Assembly: GCF_006345805.1 (NCBI RefSeq)
Contig: NC_043015.1
Location: 33,666,001-33,730,000, forward strand
Direction of reading: 5' to 3'
Source: Octopus sinensis
Lineage: Eukaryota
DNA: 64,000 nucleotides
Both the position numbers and the translations under genes were made by a program. Positions within the stretch are counted from its first letter, which is position 1, and each line of letters starts with the position of its first letter. The notes under the pieces were generated by a model. The model was not told where the DNA came from, made no database searches, and saw nothing but the letters and a program-made list of their open reading frames with translations. This document shows positions 36,113-50,132 of the stretch, one piece after another.

Positions 36113-38548
36113 ATGTAAGGATCTATATTAGATTCTTCTGTGGGAGAAAGTCCTCAACCGATTAATAGCAACTATTCAATACAGTCTGTACTAGCCTCTT
36201 AGAGAGAATGCTCCAGGCGTACAGGAGGTAATTTGATAATAAAAAGTAACAACAAAAGAATGAGACTTTGATATTAGATAAATAGATGATATTTATATAT
36301 ATTATAATTTATAACAAACAGTAAAAAGTTGTCATTATAGTACTCGGAGTTTCGAATGTCAGAGCGAAGAGCTACGATGCATTTTTGCCGGCTATTAATG
36401 GCAACAGATGCTATGAAAGACCGGTGAATAAAAGGGAAGTTACTCTAATAGATAGGAAAAGAAAAAAAAGAAAAGATAAAAAATACACACAACCATATTC
36501 TCACAATACATAGACATAAACCTCCTGCGTTCATGTCTACATACATACACACACAAACATGTATACATACATGCACATACACACACACAAATATGTGTAT
36601 GTACGTAACTTCATCCTCATATAGACATAGGTGTTTATATGCATACACGTAATATAATACATATATATTTAGACACTTATATAACTATACATGTATACAT
36701 ATGTGTGTGTGTGTATATATATATACACACATTCACACTCCCGCATATATATATATACTGTTGTATCTGGGGAGAATCATTCTCTTTTAGTGCCTTATAT
36801 AATTTAATACACTCACCCATAAAATTTGGGAATCGAACCCACTATCTTGCAATCATGAATGCAACACCCTAACCACTAAGCCATGCACTTTCACTACATA
36901 TATATTTAATTTATTGTTATATATATATCTATGTACATGTATATAGATATGTGTGTGTACAGATATATGTATATATGTGTACCTGTATCTATAGATATGT
37001 ATGCATATATACATATATATACTGTATGTATGTATGTATGCGTGTGCATACATATGTATACATAAGTACAGGAGCAAGAAAAATAGCAACCAGAAATGAA
37101 AATAAAGAAACGTAAAGAATTATAATTAATATTACCATTTTGAAAAAGATGAAAATATTTATAAATATAAATTTTAATTACATTCTGATAATTAAAATTG
37201 TCAGCTAAAAAAAAAAAAAGAGAGTGAAAGTGGAGTAGAAGATTAATTTTTAAAAAATGGCTTTGTGGAGAATTGTAGCAAGGAGTTTACCAAATATGAC
37301 AGATGCTTCAAACATTCTATATTGGTGAATTAGTAAAAAGGGTAAAGAACTGTTTTGGTCATGAATGACCATGGGATTGCACCTAGAAAGTTACCCTCTG
37401 AGGCACAAGTCTGGGTAGGTTGTTTGTGGAAGACCAGCCCATGCATACAGCTTGGCACCAGTGACGTTACTCAAGACCACAACACAGAGTCAGGTCCAGC
37501 AATCTAAGTCACTACCTCATGATTGTGAGTGACACTCTAACCACTGAGCCACGCATCTTCACCAGTGAATTAGTAGCAAATTATAATATTTGATTACTAA
37601 TAGGACCCGTGGAAATTCTACGATTATTTTGAAAATAGTATGATGAAACTGTATATTTTTCTGAAACCTTTGATTCTAAAAGATGTAAAAATTCACCCAG
37701 GCAATATTGAAGGGGCCGTCACTCAATCTCTTTCTATATGTACCTTCTTATCTATCATATTATACTTTAAAAAAAAACCTAAATAATTGCGGTGCCCCAG
37801 CATGGACTCAGCCTTTGGGCTGCTACACGTAAAAAAGGTAAAAGTAACAATAACAGCTATTTACTAAGGTTATTTCACTTTGATTTAACTTGAAACAACA
37901 ACTGTTGGATTCCTATAGTTTCCATTTTCCTTTCTTTTACTTTCTCTTTACTTCTTTGTTCTTTGCCCTTTTTTTATTTTCCTATCTTTTACCTTCAAGG
38001 TTATTACCATAAACCTATATGAAAGCTTAGTTACCACCAACCTGTCTTTTACTTACGAAATATCTACAACGTATAGAAATGGTTGAACATTAAAACCTGT
38101 AAAAAACAACTAAACTTTTATTTTTATTGCCTGTCACAATATTCTGTTATACTACATATAAATTCATGAAACTGTTCTCCATTCCCGGGCTCCTTTCAGT
38201 TGACACTCTCTCTCTTTACCTCTCACTTCAACTATACCACATGCCCCTGCATTTAACATGTTTATATCTCTCTCTACTTTCTAGTTCTTTCTCCAACTAA
38301 GTAACCACACAATGTAACAGCAATACCTTTTCCTTTGCCTCTCAGTACTAGCACACACACACACACAATCTCTCTCTCTCTCTCTCTCTCTCTGTTTCCC
38401 TTTTGAACTAACCACTTGACAGCATTTTAGCATAATAACTTTCTTTTTACCTCACATTATTAACACTTATCTCTCCTTATTTTTCTCTCGCTCTTTGCTA
38501 ACCAGATGACAGCATATGCATCTGGCCAAAACATATTAATATATATAT

Positions 38549-38842
38549 CAGGCTGAGTAAAAAGTAACCAACATTTTCAAGCATGAAATTCATCACAATA
38601 TCTTTCAACAATGTGGATATTTTATTCACCAAAGTAAGTACCATTACAATCAACACATTTTTGCCAATGAGTTACAAGTTTGTTTGTTCTGGTTATATAA
38701 AAATCTGGAGTTTTGGAGCTGATGAACTCTTTGAATGCACTTTCAGCATTGGTTTGATTTTTGAACTCCTTCCCTGGCAAGAAACCTTCAAAGTGCTTGA
38801 AAAAGTGGTTATCGGTAGGAGAAAGGTCTGGAGAATAAGCTG
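38549..38842 (-). mobile_element. mariner transposase C-terminal fragment with 3' TIR
   Basis: AYSPDLSPTDNHFFKHFEGFLPGKEFKNQ...WQKCVDCNGTYFGE*; terminus caggctgagtaaaaagtaa next to (TA)n. Confidence 0.9.
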
Positions 38843-38869
38843 CTCTAGTGTTATCAGAGATTAAAAAAT

Positions 38870-39045
38870 GTCTACCTGCTTTATAGCTTTAACCTAGGTT
38901 TAACTAACATGTCAAACTGCTCTCTGGAGTTAATTTATGTTAACTAATGACCTATCCAAATGTTCTATAGCATTACACTAGGTTAATTAATGACATGTCT
39001 AATTAGTGCTATAGTGTTATTCTAGGTTTGCAAATGACATTAACT
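38870..39045. repeat. Degenerate ~40-bp tandem repeat
   Basis: Recurrent ctatag...ctaggtttaactaatgacatgtc units. Confidence 0.55.
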
Positions 39046-40829
39046 GCCAACACACACCATCACCAGTTTTCCCAGAATAAATCTTTCTGCTCATCAAATG
39101 GTACATCAAAATGTTTTAAGGTGTTTTTCTAAGAGATAAGCAATGACATAACTGGCTGTTCCACTCTGTTATCTTAGGTTAATGAAGCCAAGCGTTGTTG
39201 CTAGTCATAGATAATGTATTAGCGGTTGTATTTTCAGTTGTGAAAGAACAGAAAAATTTAAGCCTAAGAGAATGAATCTGAAAGAATACCAGCATTAAGT
39301 TAGTTTGGCATTTTCAACAACATGGAGCAGGATAAAATAATGTAGTTCTTGAGTTGGGTAAAATAAATAAATAAATAAATAAAATGTCTAAATATATCTA
39401 AATGTTTTCTTGTGGAATATTCTTACTGGAAATACATACAAAAGGCCAATTTTGGCATTTCAAGAGATCAAAGAATTTCGGCTTTGAACTATGAGAATAT
39501 TACTTCTGAAACAAATGAAAGAATAAGGACATTATACTTAAAACTTCACCATTATTGGAGTGTATGTGGAAGGGGAGGTGATATGGAAAAATGACTCAAA
39601 CAGATTAACAATAGAAAGCAGGAAGGATACAAAGGTGTTAGCAAGATTTCTACATGGCAACTAATTAGAAACCATTCTGTTGAAGTGTAGTTTGGATACG
39701 TAATAATCACCGGAACACTAAATCCTCCGGTTTGTTCTTCTGCAATTCCACAGAACCAAATTGTTTGTTAATAGTTTTTAATTACATAGAGTAAATATAA
39801 AATTAAAAATCAAAAGTGTCCTGCTGGAATTGTTGAGGTCCTACTACAAATAAATGTTGCACGTGATTGAGTCCCTACTGCAAATAAACACTGCATGCGA
39901 CGGTTAAAGTGTATCAGTCCGTTGCACACGGAAACTCTCTCTCTCTCTTTCCCTCCCTCCCTACCTTTATTTCTCTTTCTCACACACACACACATGCACC
40001 CATAGTGTATAACACATCAACAGGTGCAACAACGGCCAAAGCAGGCCTTAAATAGCAAGATTAATATCTACAGTGGTCATCGATAATGACTACAATTGGT
40101 AGGTTCTCAGCAAAATGTATGTAATTAACGACAACCACAATTTCTTCACAAGATGACTGTAATTAAATCGACATTTTAAATTCTTTTGTGTGTTCTTTCT
40201 AAACTGAGGACATTAGATAATGACCGAGGTAGGACTGTTGCAGCTTAATCGTTGCCGCTTTACATATGCTGCACGTTATTTAAGTTAAATCTTTAAAACA
40301 AGCAACACCACCCTTTGATTGCTGGAGAACTTTGGGAGAATATTCCAGAAGAAATAAAAGAGAAACACCTCAAAACAACAATAACTACACCAACAATAAG
40401 GGCCCCAGTTGGAGCCAACAAACTGGTTTCTAGGTACTCTCCTAAGCTGCTAGAAACAGCAGTCAGATCTCCCTTAAACCACATCTTATCTTAAAAGACG
40501 AAGCAGACATTGAATAATATAGTCCTAGATACACTGTCTGCAATATGAAAAATGATAGAATAGTTATGGTGGGGGATGTTCTTGACCAAATGCCCGCTGG
40601 CTTAAGGATAACCAGAAGCTAAACAATAGCTACTATCTCACATTACTATTAAAAAAAAAGATTATACAGTAGTTCATGTTGTTCTAGATACACTATATCT
40701 TAATGAGACAGGATGGTCATAGTTGGAACATCTTTGACTATAGGTCTACAGGGTCAGGATTAGTGTAGGGCTACAGAACAAGGAAAAACAAGATGACCAT
40801 AAGCGGAAGTGACCATCACAATAGCAACA

Positions 40830-41245
40830 AGGCATGGATGTGTGGTAAGAAACTTGCTTCCCAAGCACAAGGTTCCAGGTTCAGTCTCACTGCATGACAC
40901 CTTGGAAAAGCCTCAAGCCAACTAAAGCCTTCTAAGTGGATTTGGTAGATGGAAACTGAAAGAAGCCTGTCATAAATGTGTGTGTGTGTGTGTGCACGTG
41001 TGAGAAAGAGAGTCTTTGTGTCTGTGTTTGGCCCCCACCTCACCGTTTAACCAGTGTTGGTGTGTTTACATTCTTGTAACTTAGTGGTTCAGCAATAAAG
41101 GCTGATAAAATAAGTACTAGGCTTTAAAAAAAAAGAGAGAGAGAGAAAAGAGAAGTACTGGGGTTGATTCATTTGACTGGAAATTCTTGAGGGGAGTATC
41201 CCAGCATGGCCACAGTCTAATGACTGAAACAAATAACAGATAAAA
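40830..41245 (+). mobile_element. Diverged tRNA-derived SINE
   Basis: gtgtggtaagaaacttgcttccc...ggttcagtctcactg...gactgaaacaaataacagataa. Confidence 0.82.
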
Positions 41246-41907
41246 GACGGCAACCAAGAAAGAAGACTCAATCAATAAAAGTTCATTTATCTTAAAAAGA
41301 ATGGAAACCAATCTGTGTTCTCCAGCCAATTTGTTCTAATAGCTCTCCGACCTTCCAGTGCTAATAGTTCTTAGCCGACCAGTTCTAATGACCCTACAGA
41401 TCAATATTTCATATCAGCATGCCACAACAGCTACTTCTCTACTGTTTCAATGTCTGACTTTATATCAGAAACCTACCCGAACAAGTGAAGGACAGACAGA
41501 CAGAACTTGATTTTAATGGCACAATAAAACAATGTCTTCCAGTTAAATTATAGCACAATAAAAATACCTGAGGTTTATCTTTTAATCTGTTATACCAACA
41601 AAACATTCCTCAACTTGTTACACTCAGCCTAGGACACAGCTTCACATGAGACACCGCTGCTCCCAAGACATATTTTTAAATAAAACACACATCCCAAGAT
41701 ATATTAAATGACAGGTGGAGATATAAAATTAATTGAGTTAAAATTTATGAGTTTGAATATAAAATATTGATTCTTTTCATGAAAGTCAACTTCAAATAAA
41801 CATTAAAACTGCACTGACATAACAAAACAGAAACTTTGTGTTTGAGTCCATAGATCAGACGATATACATTTAAATAGTATGCGAGTATAGGTGGACCAGT
41901 TGGCATA

Positions 41908-42270
41908 TATAACCTCTAGCATTCAGATTACTCTGTCAACTGTTATGTTTGTTTATTCACTTTGTTTTGAATTATTCATTCATTACCTTGTAGCTTTGAG
42001 ATTTCAATGACGTGACTGATTATTTGTAAGATTGACTTCTTGGGATAGGTGTGAGACCAGTTTGAACATAAGAAGGACTCCCTTCAGTCATGAATGACCA
42101 TGGGATTGCACCTAGAAAGTTCCCCTCATTTCATTCACATTGTTTTCAATTAAACATACAACACCTCATAGTTTCGAGATTTTGATGATGGGATAGTTTA
42201 TTTTTGGAATGACAATGTAGAGTAAGTGTGAGAGGCTAGATGTGGCCAGTTTAAATGCTAAAGGGTTGAA
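41908..42270 (+). mobile_element. piggyBac-like MITE, composite of two partial copies
   Basis: taacctctagcattcagattactctgtcaa ... tttaaatgctaaagggttgaa. Confidence 0.65.
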
Positions 42271-43269
42271 TAATGTGTGCACGTGTAGATGAACAAGTTG
42301 AGAGAGAGAAAGAACAAATTGATGTATTTGAATAGGGGGGTATAGAGGAAGATATAGAGGAAGTATTTGATGTATTTAATCTGTGTGTATATCTTGTGTA
42401 TACAAAGATTAATTGACATATAGTTAACTCAAATGTATTCCACTCAATTGCATAACTTTTCAAAATTCAGCACATTTACATCAAATCTATGTAAAACCAG
42501 TTCGTTTAATGCATATACAAATCATTAATTTTGGTTAAATGTGTGTGATTCTATTTCTTATAAAGCAAAATTGGTGAAATATAGCATAAATTCGTTCATT
42601 TGATTAAGTATGCATAAAATGATTCTAGAAAGATTCCATTTGTATAACCATTATTATTTTGTATCTATATCAGATGCTGCCATTATTTCTCAGATCATCC
42701 AAACACAGAGGCTGGGATTCTGAGATTTTAAGCTGAGAGACTAGAAAATATTCTAAGAGTAAAAAGCATTAACACAGTTCCCTGAGAATTTCTAATTGGA
42801 GTCAGAATGGGATCACTTTTGCTGTGAATCCTCTTAAAATGACAGTAGTCAGTACTTCATGCTTACAAACAACTTTAGTCAACAAAATCAAATGTATTTG
42901 GGTTTGTTTTATCATTTAGGGAATAGAATCTAATGGAGTTTAGTTCTAAATGCAGAATTGAGATGTCTAGAGGTAAACTTAGCAAGGATTTAGTAAATAG
43001 AAAAGAAAACAGGAGCACCTGGTATCTTCAGGGAAATGGCCTTACTCAATGTGTAGGCAAGCAATAGGTATAAACTCCATATGCAGAACCCAGCATAAGC
43101 AATAGATATGCCGGATACACAATGGAGACAGAAACAGACTAAAACAGAACATAAGTTTCATATGTAATAGATACACAGGAGCAGTAGGTATGTGGACACA
43201 GGGTCACTTAAGTGCCCAGGTCACTCACTAGAAGTAGCCGATGACAGGGGAAGCGGTGGTTCTGAAAGT

Positions 43270-43775
43270 ATAGGAACCAAGGAAAGAACAGGACGGAGAA
43301 GATTCAGGAAGTTACTATCACTGCTGGTAAGAAAGGTTTTTTTCTCTCAGAGTGAAAGACAGATTGTGTGTACGACACTTGCATTAGAACTGTGATACTG
43401 TATGGGATTAAGGCATGGGCCTTCCATGTAGAGGACTCGAGGAAACTAGAAAGAAATGAAGTAAACATGCTCTGTTCAATGTACAATGTTTGTCTGCATA
43501 AACAACAAAGTACAAATGATTTTAAGAGAAAAACTGGGTATAAGAGGAATCAGGTGCAAGAGGACTGTGTTGGTATGGACAGGGGTTGCATATGGATGAG
43601 GAGAGCAGTATAGTAAAACAAAATCTGATCAGCACTTAATGTGGGCAGATCCTGAGGAAGCAGGAGACCCAAGGAGACATGGGACAAAGAGGTGGAGGCT
43701 GATCTCAGAACCTTGAACCTCACAAATGACAAAGGACTGAGATGATTGGCAACATGCAGTTCCCGAGAAGACTTG
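43270..43775 (+). mobile_element. RTE-clade LINE C-terminal fragment
   Basis: RRFRKLLSLL; YDTCIRTVILYGIKAW...RKLERNEVNML; GRPKETW. Confidence 0.8.
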
Positions 43776-46700
43776 AAGACTTGCCTACCTCAACGAAACT
43801 AAGTTTTGGAACTGGTGTGTGTGTGTGTGTACACAACTGGGTCATTCACCCAATTTCCTCCCTCACCACCCATCATCTCTTAACTGCAGCTTTTCCTTAA
43901 TACCACTTATCTTGACCATGAAATCATTTCACTTGATGTCCATCGTTCATCTTTAATACTGTCCTTTCCATCCACCAAACCCTTTATCCTTCTCTATTAC
44001 AATGTCTCATATTTCTTCCCATGCACTCTGCCAGTCTCTCTCCACACCCCACCCCACACTCTTGCAACCTACTCCACTATACATCGTCTCTTTCTCTCTC
44101 TCTTTCATCCTTCACCTCATTGGTCACCCTAACCCACCATTCACTGCATTCACCCTTCAAGTTGGGCTGGTGAACAATACAAACAAAGAATTGAATACTC
44201 TTAAAATTCATCAAACAACACACAGACATGGATGCATAGAAATATGCCAACATGAAATATATATTTTAGTCATGTTTTATTATATAATACATACATACGT
44301 ATGTAACGTAGCCATAATAGCTTACTACATACACAACATAAGTGAAGCCTCGTAATTTATCACCTATAATGTGAGTTTGATTAATTACAGAGATATTTCA
44401 TTCACTGACACTATGCAATTAAATGAAATAGACTATATTTAAACAGAGAGAGGGGGGAAGAGTGTATGTACTTGCATATGGTGTGTGAGTGTGTGTGTGT
44501 GTGTGTGTGGTGTGTGTGCATATAGATGTTTTAGTTGACATATTTTAACAGTATGTATCCGTCAATTGACAGGTTAATGTGTATTTAAACATGTAGTGAG
44601 ACTATGTAAATGAACCAGTTGACACAAAAAGTTCTGTGGATATTAAGTGAAGATGCATTGAATGACATATTTAGCAAGGTGTGTATGTGTGTGCAGACAG
44701 ACCTGTCAATATATACAAAGTGAGAGTGTATGTGTGTGTTTCTCTGCACTAGCTGGCATACGCAGAGGAGTCACTTAGTATAAAATGAACACAAGAATAT
44801 ACTGGTAATTAACTGTTAATTATTTCTATTTACTTAATCAAATACAATTGAAATTATATATGATCAAAAGAAAATTTTTTACTCTTTTAAATGCCGTAGG
44901 TGTAAACACGACAATTTTAATCTGCATATTACAATTACTGAGAGTATTAACGAAGCCACAAAAATGAACATCAGTTTAAGAACATTATAGGAGAAAAAAT
45001 GTATTTTAATTTTGGATAATACTTTGTGTATGACAAACTATTAATAACAATTTGATAATATCTGATGAAGGTTCTGAGTGACGAGTAAATAGAAATGCGT
45101 CTCATCAGAGATGAACTCAAGAGATTTCCAACTGCATAAACTGAAATGGACTTTCTCTAGTCATACCTAACGGAATTGAATTCTTGATAAATTACTGCTC
45201 ACCATAGTGTGGACATCTTCGGTGGAACTGGTAGTTAGACTGTCCTCAATCAGAGGAAAATGACTATTGTTGACATTCTCAATGATATCTGACAGAAATA
45301 TCACATGTATACTGGTGTCACCGCTATAAAAACTTGACAAATGCAAGTTGAATTTGGGGGAAATGTTGCACATAAAAACTAGAAACCAATGTCCATGCAT
45401 TCAAGTTTATTAAGGAAGATAAAAACTGTACATAGTCTAACTGGTCAAAAATACTGTAATCGAATGACTCAAATTTGTTCAGTTCTTAAGGCGAAGTGCA
45501 AATCTAGCAATGTATAGAATTTTATAAAGTACCAGAATCCAATAGTTAAGTGAGATGATGACAGCTTGGGGCTGGATATCTTTAAAAGGATATTAATTCC
45601 ATACATCACATCAGGGCATCAAAGACAGTATATCCTATCTGGAGATCTTGGTTAAGACCACTAATAGATATTATTTTTGTTAGTAGAGCAAAGTATATGG
45701 CAAGAAATTCATCAAAAGCTTGAAAAAGTGATTGTTGCAAAGGTCAACAGAATCTTCAAATTTATATCCAGTTAAAGAAAACTTACGTTCAGAGGAATAT
45801 TCAATAAATACAAAAAAAACAAAAAACAAAATCCAGAAAATTGAAAGAAATTGGAGCCTGGTGCAACTGCTGGCTCTCCAGACCTCAATGAAACCGTCCA
45901 ACCCATGCCAGCATGGAAAGCGGACGTGATGATGATGATGATGATGATGGGTGCCACAATTATTATGAATAGAACAGGGAGCACAAAACAAGGGGAATAA
46001 CAAATAAAGGCATTGAATGACAGGTAGAAGAGTTACTTCCTAAACACAAAAGTGTAATGTGTAAATTCAGTTAGTATTATCAAAATTTAAGAGTTGTCCA
46101 TTTTGATAATTGGTTTTGGTTCCGCAATATGGAATGACAGTTACTGGACATTTTGAAGGTTTGTCAAATATTAAATTTCAGGTCTACATATACAGTAGAC
46201 TTTAATTGAAGGTATTTGAGCCAACTAGGGAAGTTTACCTCTATATTTATTCTGAAATAAACAAAATCACAACGTGCAGGAACTCCTTTCGATGGCCAAA
46301 TCAGATATTCTACAAACAACCAAAATTTCTGTTTATTAGAAAGTAACCATATAGTTTAATGTCTACAATTGTTTTGACCATTTAAGTTAAATTTGCTTTT
46401 ATCAATAGATTGCACCTTAATGAGATGATTGGAATTATGATTCCCAATGTTTTTGTGAATCAAAGACAATTCAATGCCACAACTGACTGTACCTAATTAT
46501 AGTGCCAAAAAGAAATTTCCACTCAAGTAGTCAAGGGGCACGACACTGATGATATGACATTTTCGCACTGTGTCCCATCAACTTACAATTAAGACACCAT
46601 TTATGAACATGGCATTCTCTATGATAGTGTAAGGTTCTTGAGCCACATCAAGAGAAAGGTGTTGTTGTTACAGTTAATGACTGTTTCCATCACCTTTGAG

Positions 46701-48787
46701 ATGATGGAAGCATGATGAAACAGTAATTGGCAGAATCAGGGCAGTTGCAGATTTTGCAGAATGGGACACAGAGCAACATTTTTCTCTTATGACCAGGACA
46801 TCTTTGGAAATATGCTACAATGACGAGGAAGAGCAATGTGAGGAGAGCAACTAAAGAACTTAGTGAATAGGGAGATTATTTATGAGTGGCAGGAGTACCC
46901 GGCATTGCTCGGGTATTAAATACTCGGCAATGGTCTTAACAGGTTCGACCATTTCTTTTCATTGTATATTTGAATATTTCTTGCATTTAGTTGCAAACAT
47001 TGACGTTGAGAAAGAAATGATTTTTCCCACAGACAAGTATTTTCTACTTTAGCCCCTGGATGAATAGAAAACACTAGCCTTGTAGGTGGACAGAAACTGT
47101 AAGCAAGTGTGTGTGTGAGTGAATAAATGTGTATGTGAAAACGAGTCTGTTTATATCTTCTTGTCTTTATATTGCATGATAGTTGTAAATGAATAACACT
47201 GTTTGTCATGCATTCATTTCCAATATTCTGTAGAAACAATATCTGGCCATGAGGTAATTATTAAGCTTATTTGGAAACAGGCGAGGGTTGGCAATAAGAG
47301 AGCATTCAGTCAAACCACTCCCGAGATTCCAGTGGATGAGAGAGAAACATCATTGCTGCCTAAGTAGCATCAATGCAAATACACATACAAACACATACAT
47401 GCACACACACACACACACACACATGCAATTGGCTACATCACAATGTCTATCTAACAAACCTCACTAACAAGGCATTAGTCAAATGGGGGTTTTAATAGAA
47501 GACACTTGCCCAAGGCACTACACCTTAGAATTGAACCTGCGACTAAGCGGTTGTAAAGTGAACATCTTAACTGCATGGCCATGCTCAAGCCTCTTGTGGC
47601 CTGTTTATACAAATGTTTTGGTAGATTCTTTGCAGTAATCCTTCACACAACAGGAATTACCAGAAATGATGGCAACAGTGGTGGCGATGGTGACAGATGC
47701 GCAGAGGATAAAGGAAATAGGAAAATAACGAACATTATTGAATTAGTGTCAAAGACATTCATCTTTGAATGAAAATGGAACCAAAATGGAAAGAAAGAAG
47801 AATAAAAAGAGAAACAAACAAATGAAAGAACGAGAGAGAGAGAAAGGTGGGTTGGCAGAAAGAGAAGCCATATGAACGAAAGAGAAAATGGCTAGAAGAG
47901 ACGATGGATGAATAGAAGCAAATCAGTGATGGGCGGCCAAGCTGCTTTTGACAGTCAAAAGAGCTGGGATATATTTGATGTATGAATCTCTGTGGGTCAT
48001 TTTAAGGATAGAATCAATCATTTACCAATTTCTTCTTTCCATGTATCTCTTAGCTATAGTCAAGTGAGATATATTGTGTAAGAAATAGTGTGATAAGTGA
48101 TATAATAGATATATAGATATAGAGATAGATATACTATCAAGAATTAATGACAATTGTTGGAGGATGTGATAAAAATAAATAGCTTCATTTGATAACTATA
48201 GGCAGGTGAGAGCTGGATAAAATGGGAATGATGTACATTTGAACAGAAGATGCAAGTGTGTAGGGTTGTTGTGTGCATGTGTCAGAATTAGGTGGACAGG
48301 CATTTACATGAGTCTATAGAATAAGTACACATGATTATTTAGAACTAAAAGCAGAAAGACTTAAATGTAATGTCCATTTTTCCAAGCTTGTATGTTGTGC
48401 TAGGTGTAATCTGTTGAGGCAGATTTTCTACAGTCAGATACCCTTCCTATCACCAACCTTTACCTGTTTCCAAGCAAGGAGATATTTTCCCCATAGCCTG
48501 ATAAATTTTTCACAGAGAACTGGAAACAAACAAAATAGATTGTATGACAAGCACGTCAAGACAAGCACCTACAAATACACACACACACACACACACAATG
48601 GGAGTCTTTTAGTTTCTGTCTATCAAGTCCATTTACAATGTTTTGGTCAACTCAGCACTTGAGAGGAAGACACTTGCCCTAAGTACAATGCTGAAGGACT
48701 GAACCAAGACCACGTATTTGGGAAAGAAGCTTCTTAATTCCACAGCCATGCCTACACCCCTGCACTTATTATTATTATTATTATTAT

Positions 48788-49315
48788 AAGGTGGTGAGCT
48801 GGCAGAATCGTTAGCGTGCCAGGCAAAATGCTTAGTGGAATTTCATCCGTCTTTGCATTTTGAGTTCAAATACCACCAAGATCAACATTGCCTTTCATCC
48901 TTCCAGAGTCAATAAAATAAGTACCAATTGAATACTGGAACCAATATAATTGACTTACACTTCCCCAACACGCTGAAACTGCTGGCCTTGTGCCAAAATT
49001 TTGAATCATTATTATTGTCGAGATTGATTTTGCCTTTCATCCTCTCAGGGTTGCTAAAATAAGTTCCAGGTTGAGGAAGTGATACCTTGGGGAAGTGTTT
49101 TCTACCATAGCCTCGGACTGACCATAGCCTTGTGAGTGGATTTGGTAGACAGTGCATCTGTGCCTGTCCTCCAGTACTACTGGTTATTTCCCTGTAACTT
49201 AGCAGTTTGGCAAAAGTGACCAACAGAATAAGTACAAGACTTAAAACAAACAAAGCACTGGGGTTGATTTGTTCAACTAAATCCTCCAAGGTGGTATCCC
49301 AGAATGACTGCAGTC
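48788..49315 (+). mobile_element. Cluster of SINE copies (two families)
   Basis: aaggtggtgagctggcagaatcgttag head followed by fragments of the 5760-6200 family. Confidence 0.8.
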
Positions 49316-49321
49316 TACTCA

Positions 49322-50070
49322 CCATCATCATCGTTTCATGTCCGCTTTCCATGCTGGCATGGATTGGACGGTTCGACCGGGGTCTGACAAGCCAGAAGTC
49401 TGCACCAGGCTCCAATCTAATCTGGCAATGTTTCTATAGCTGGATGCCCTTCCTGAAACCAACTACTCAGAGTGTAGTGGGTGATTTTTACGTTCCACTG
49501 GCACAAGGGCCAGTCAGTTGGTACTGCCATCAGCCATGCTTGAATGGTGCTTTTTATGTGCCACCGGCAAAGGACCAGTCAGGCTGCACTGGCATCGACC
49601 ACACTCGAATGGTGCTTCTTATATGCCACCAGCATGGGTGCCAATCAGGCAGTACTGTCATCGGCCATGACAACGACTTCACTTGCCTCAACAGTTTACT
49701 GCCCAATGATTGAAGAGTACTCTTAAATGGGCTGGTTATGCTGCACTGGTATAGGTCATGGTTGTGGTCTCACTTGGCTTGCTGAGTCTTCTCAAGCACA
49801 GGATACTTTCAAAGGTCTCGGTCACATGTCATCACCTTGGTGAAGCCCAACGTTGGAGAGTCATACTTCATCACCTCATCCCAGGTCATCCTGGGTCTAC
49901 CTCTTCCCCAAGTTCCCTCTACTGCCAGGGTGTGACACTTTTCCATGCAGCTGTCCTCGTCCATTCGCAACACATGACCAAACCAGTACAGCCGTCTCTC
50001 TTGCACACAACACCTCATGCTTCTTATGTCCAACTTATCTCTCAGGGTGCTACACTCTGTCATGTATGCA
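49322..50070 (-). mobile_element. 5'-truncated RTE LINE (ORF end + 3'UTR + (GAT)n tail)
   Basis: LRDKLDIRSMRCCVQERRLYWFGHVLRMDEDSCMEKCHTLAVEGTWGRGRPRMTWDEV continuous with the abundant tail. Confidence 0.88.
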
Positions 50071-50074
50071 CTAC

Positions 50075-50132
<58 letters not shown>

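Larger units (their letters stand above)
34020..36450 (-). mobile_element. Penelope-like element, decayed RT region (~34310-35610) plus pLTR-like flanks
   Basis: YLMKNIPSKE, FITIKD..FLTNPQCRLMNPAKSEIG, FDIVDF, FDVSMGSY-GA..DLIGLFLL, IYRNDAL (YRDD), VNFLDIFLDL. Confidence 0.85.

Noticed and set aside
38870-39045. Repeat units as a CRISPR-like array
   Set aside because: Eukaryotic context, degenerate tandem units without unique spacers, no cas genes.
45062-45110. ctgatga...gaaa...gtc hammerhead-like string
   Set aside because: Stems I and II do not pair convincingly; it could be a decayed motif or chance.
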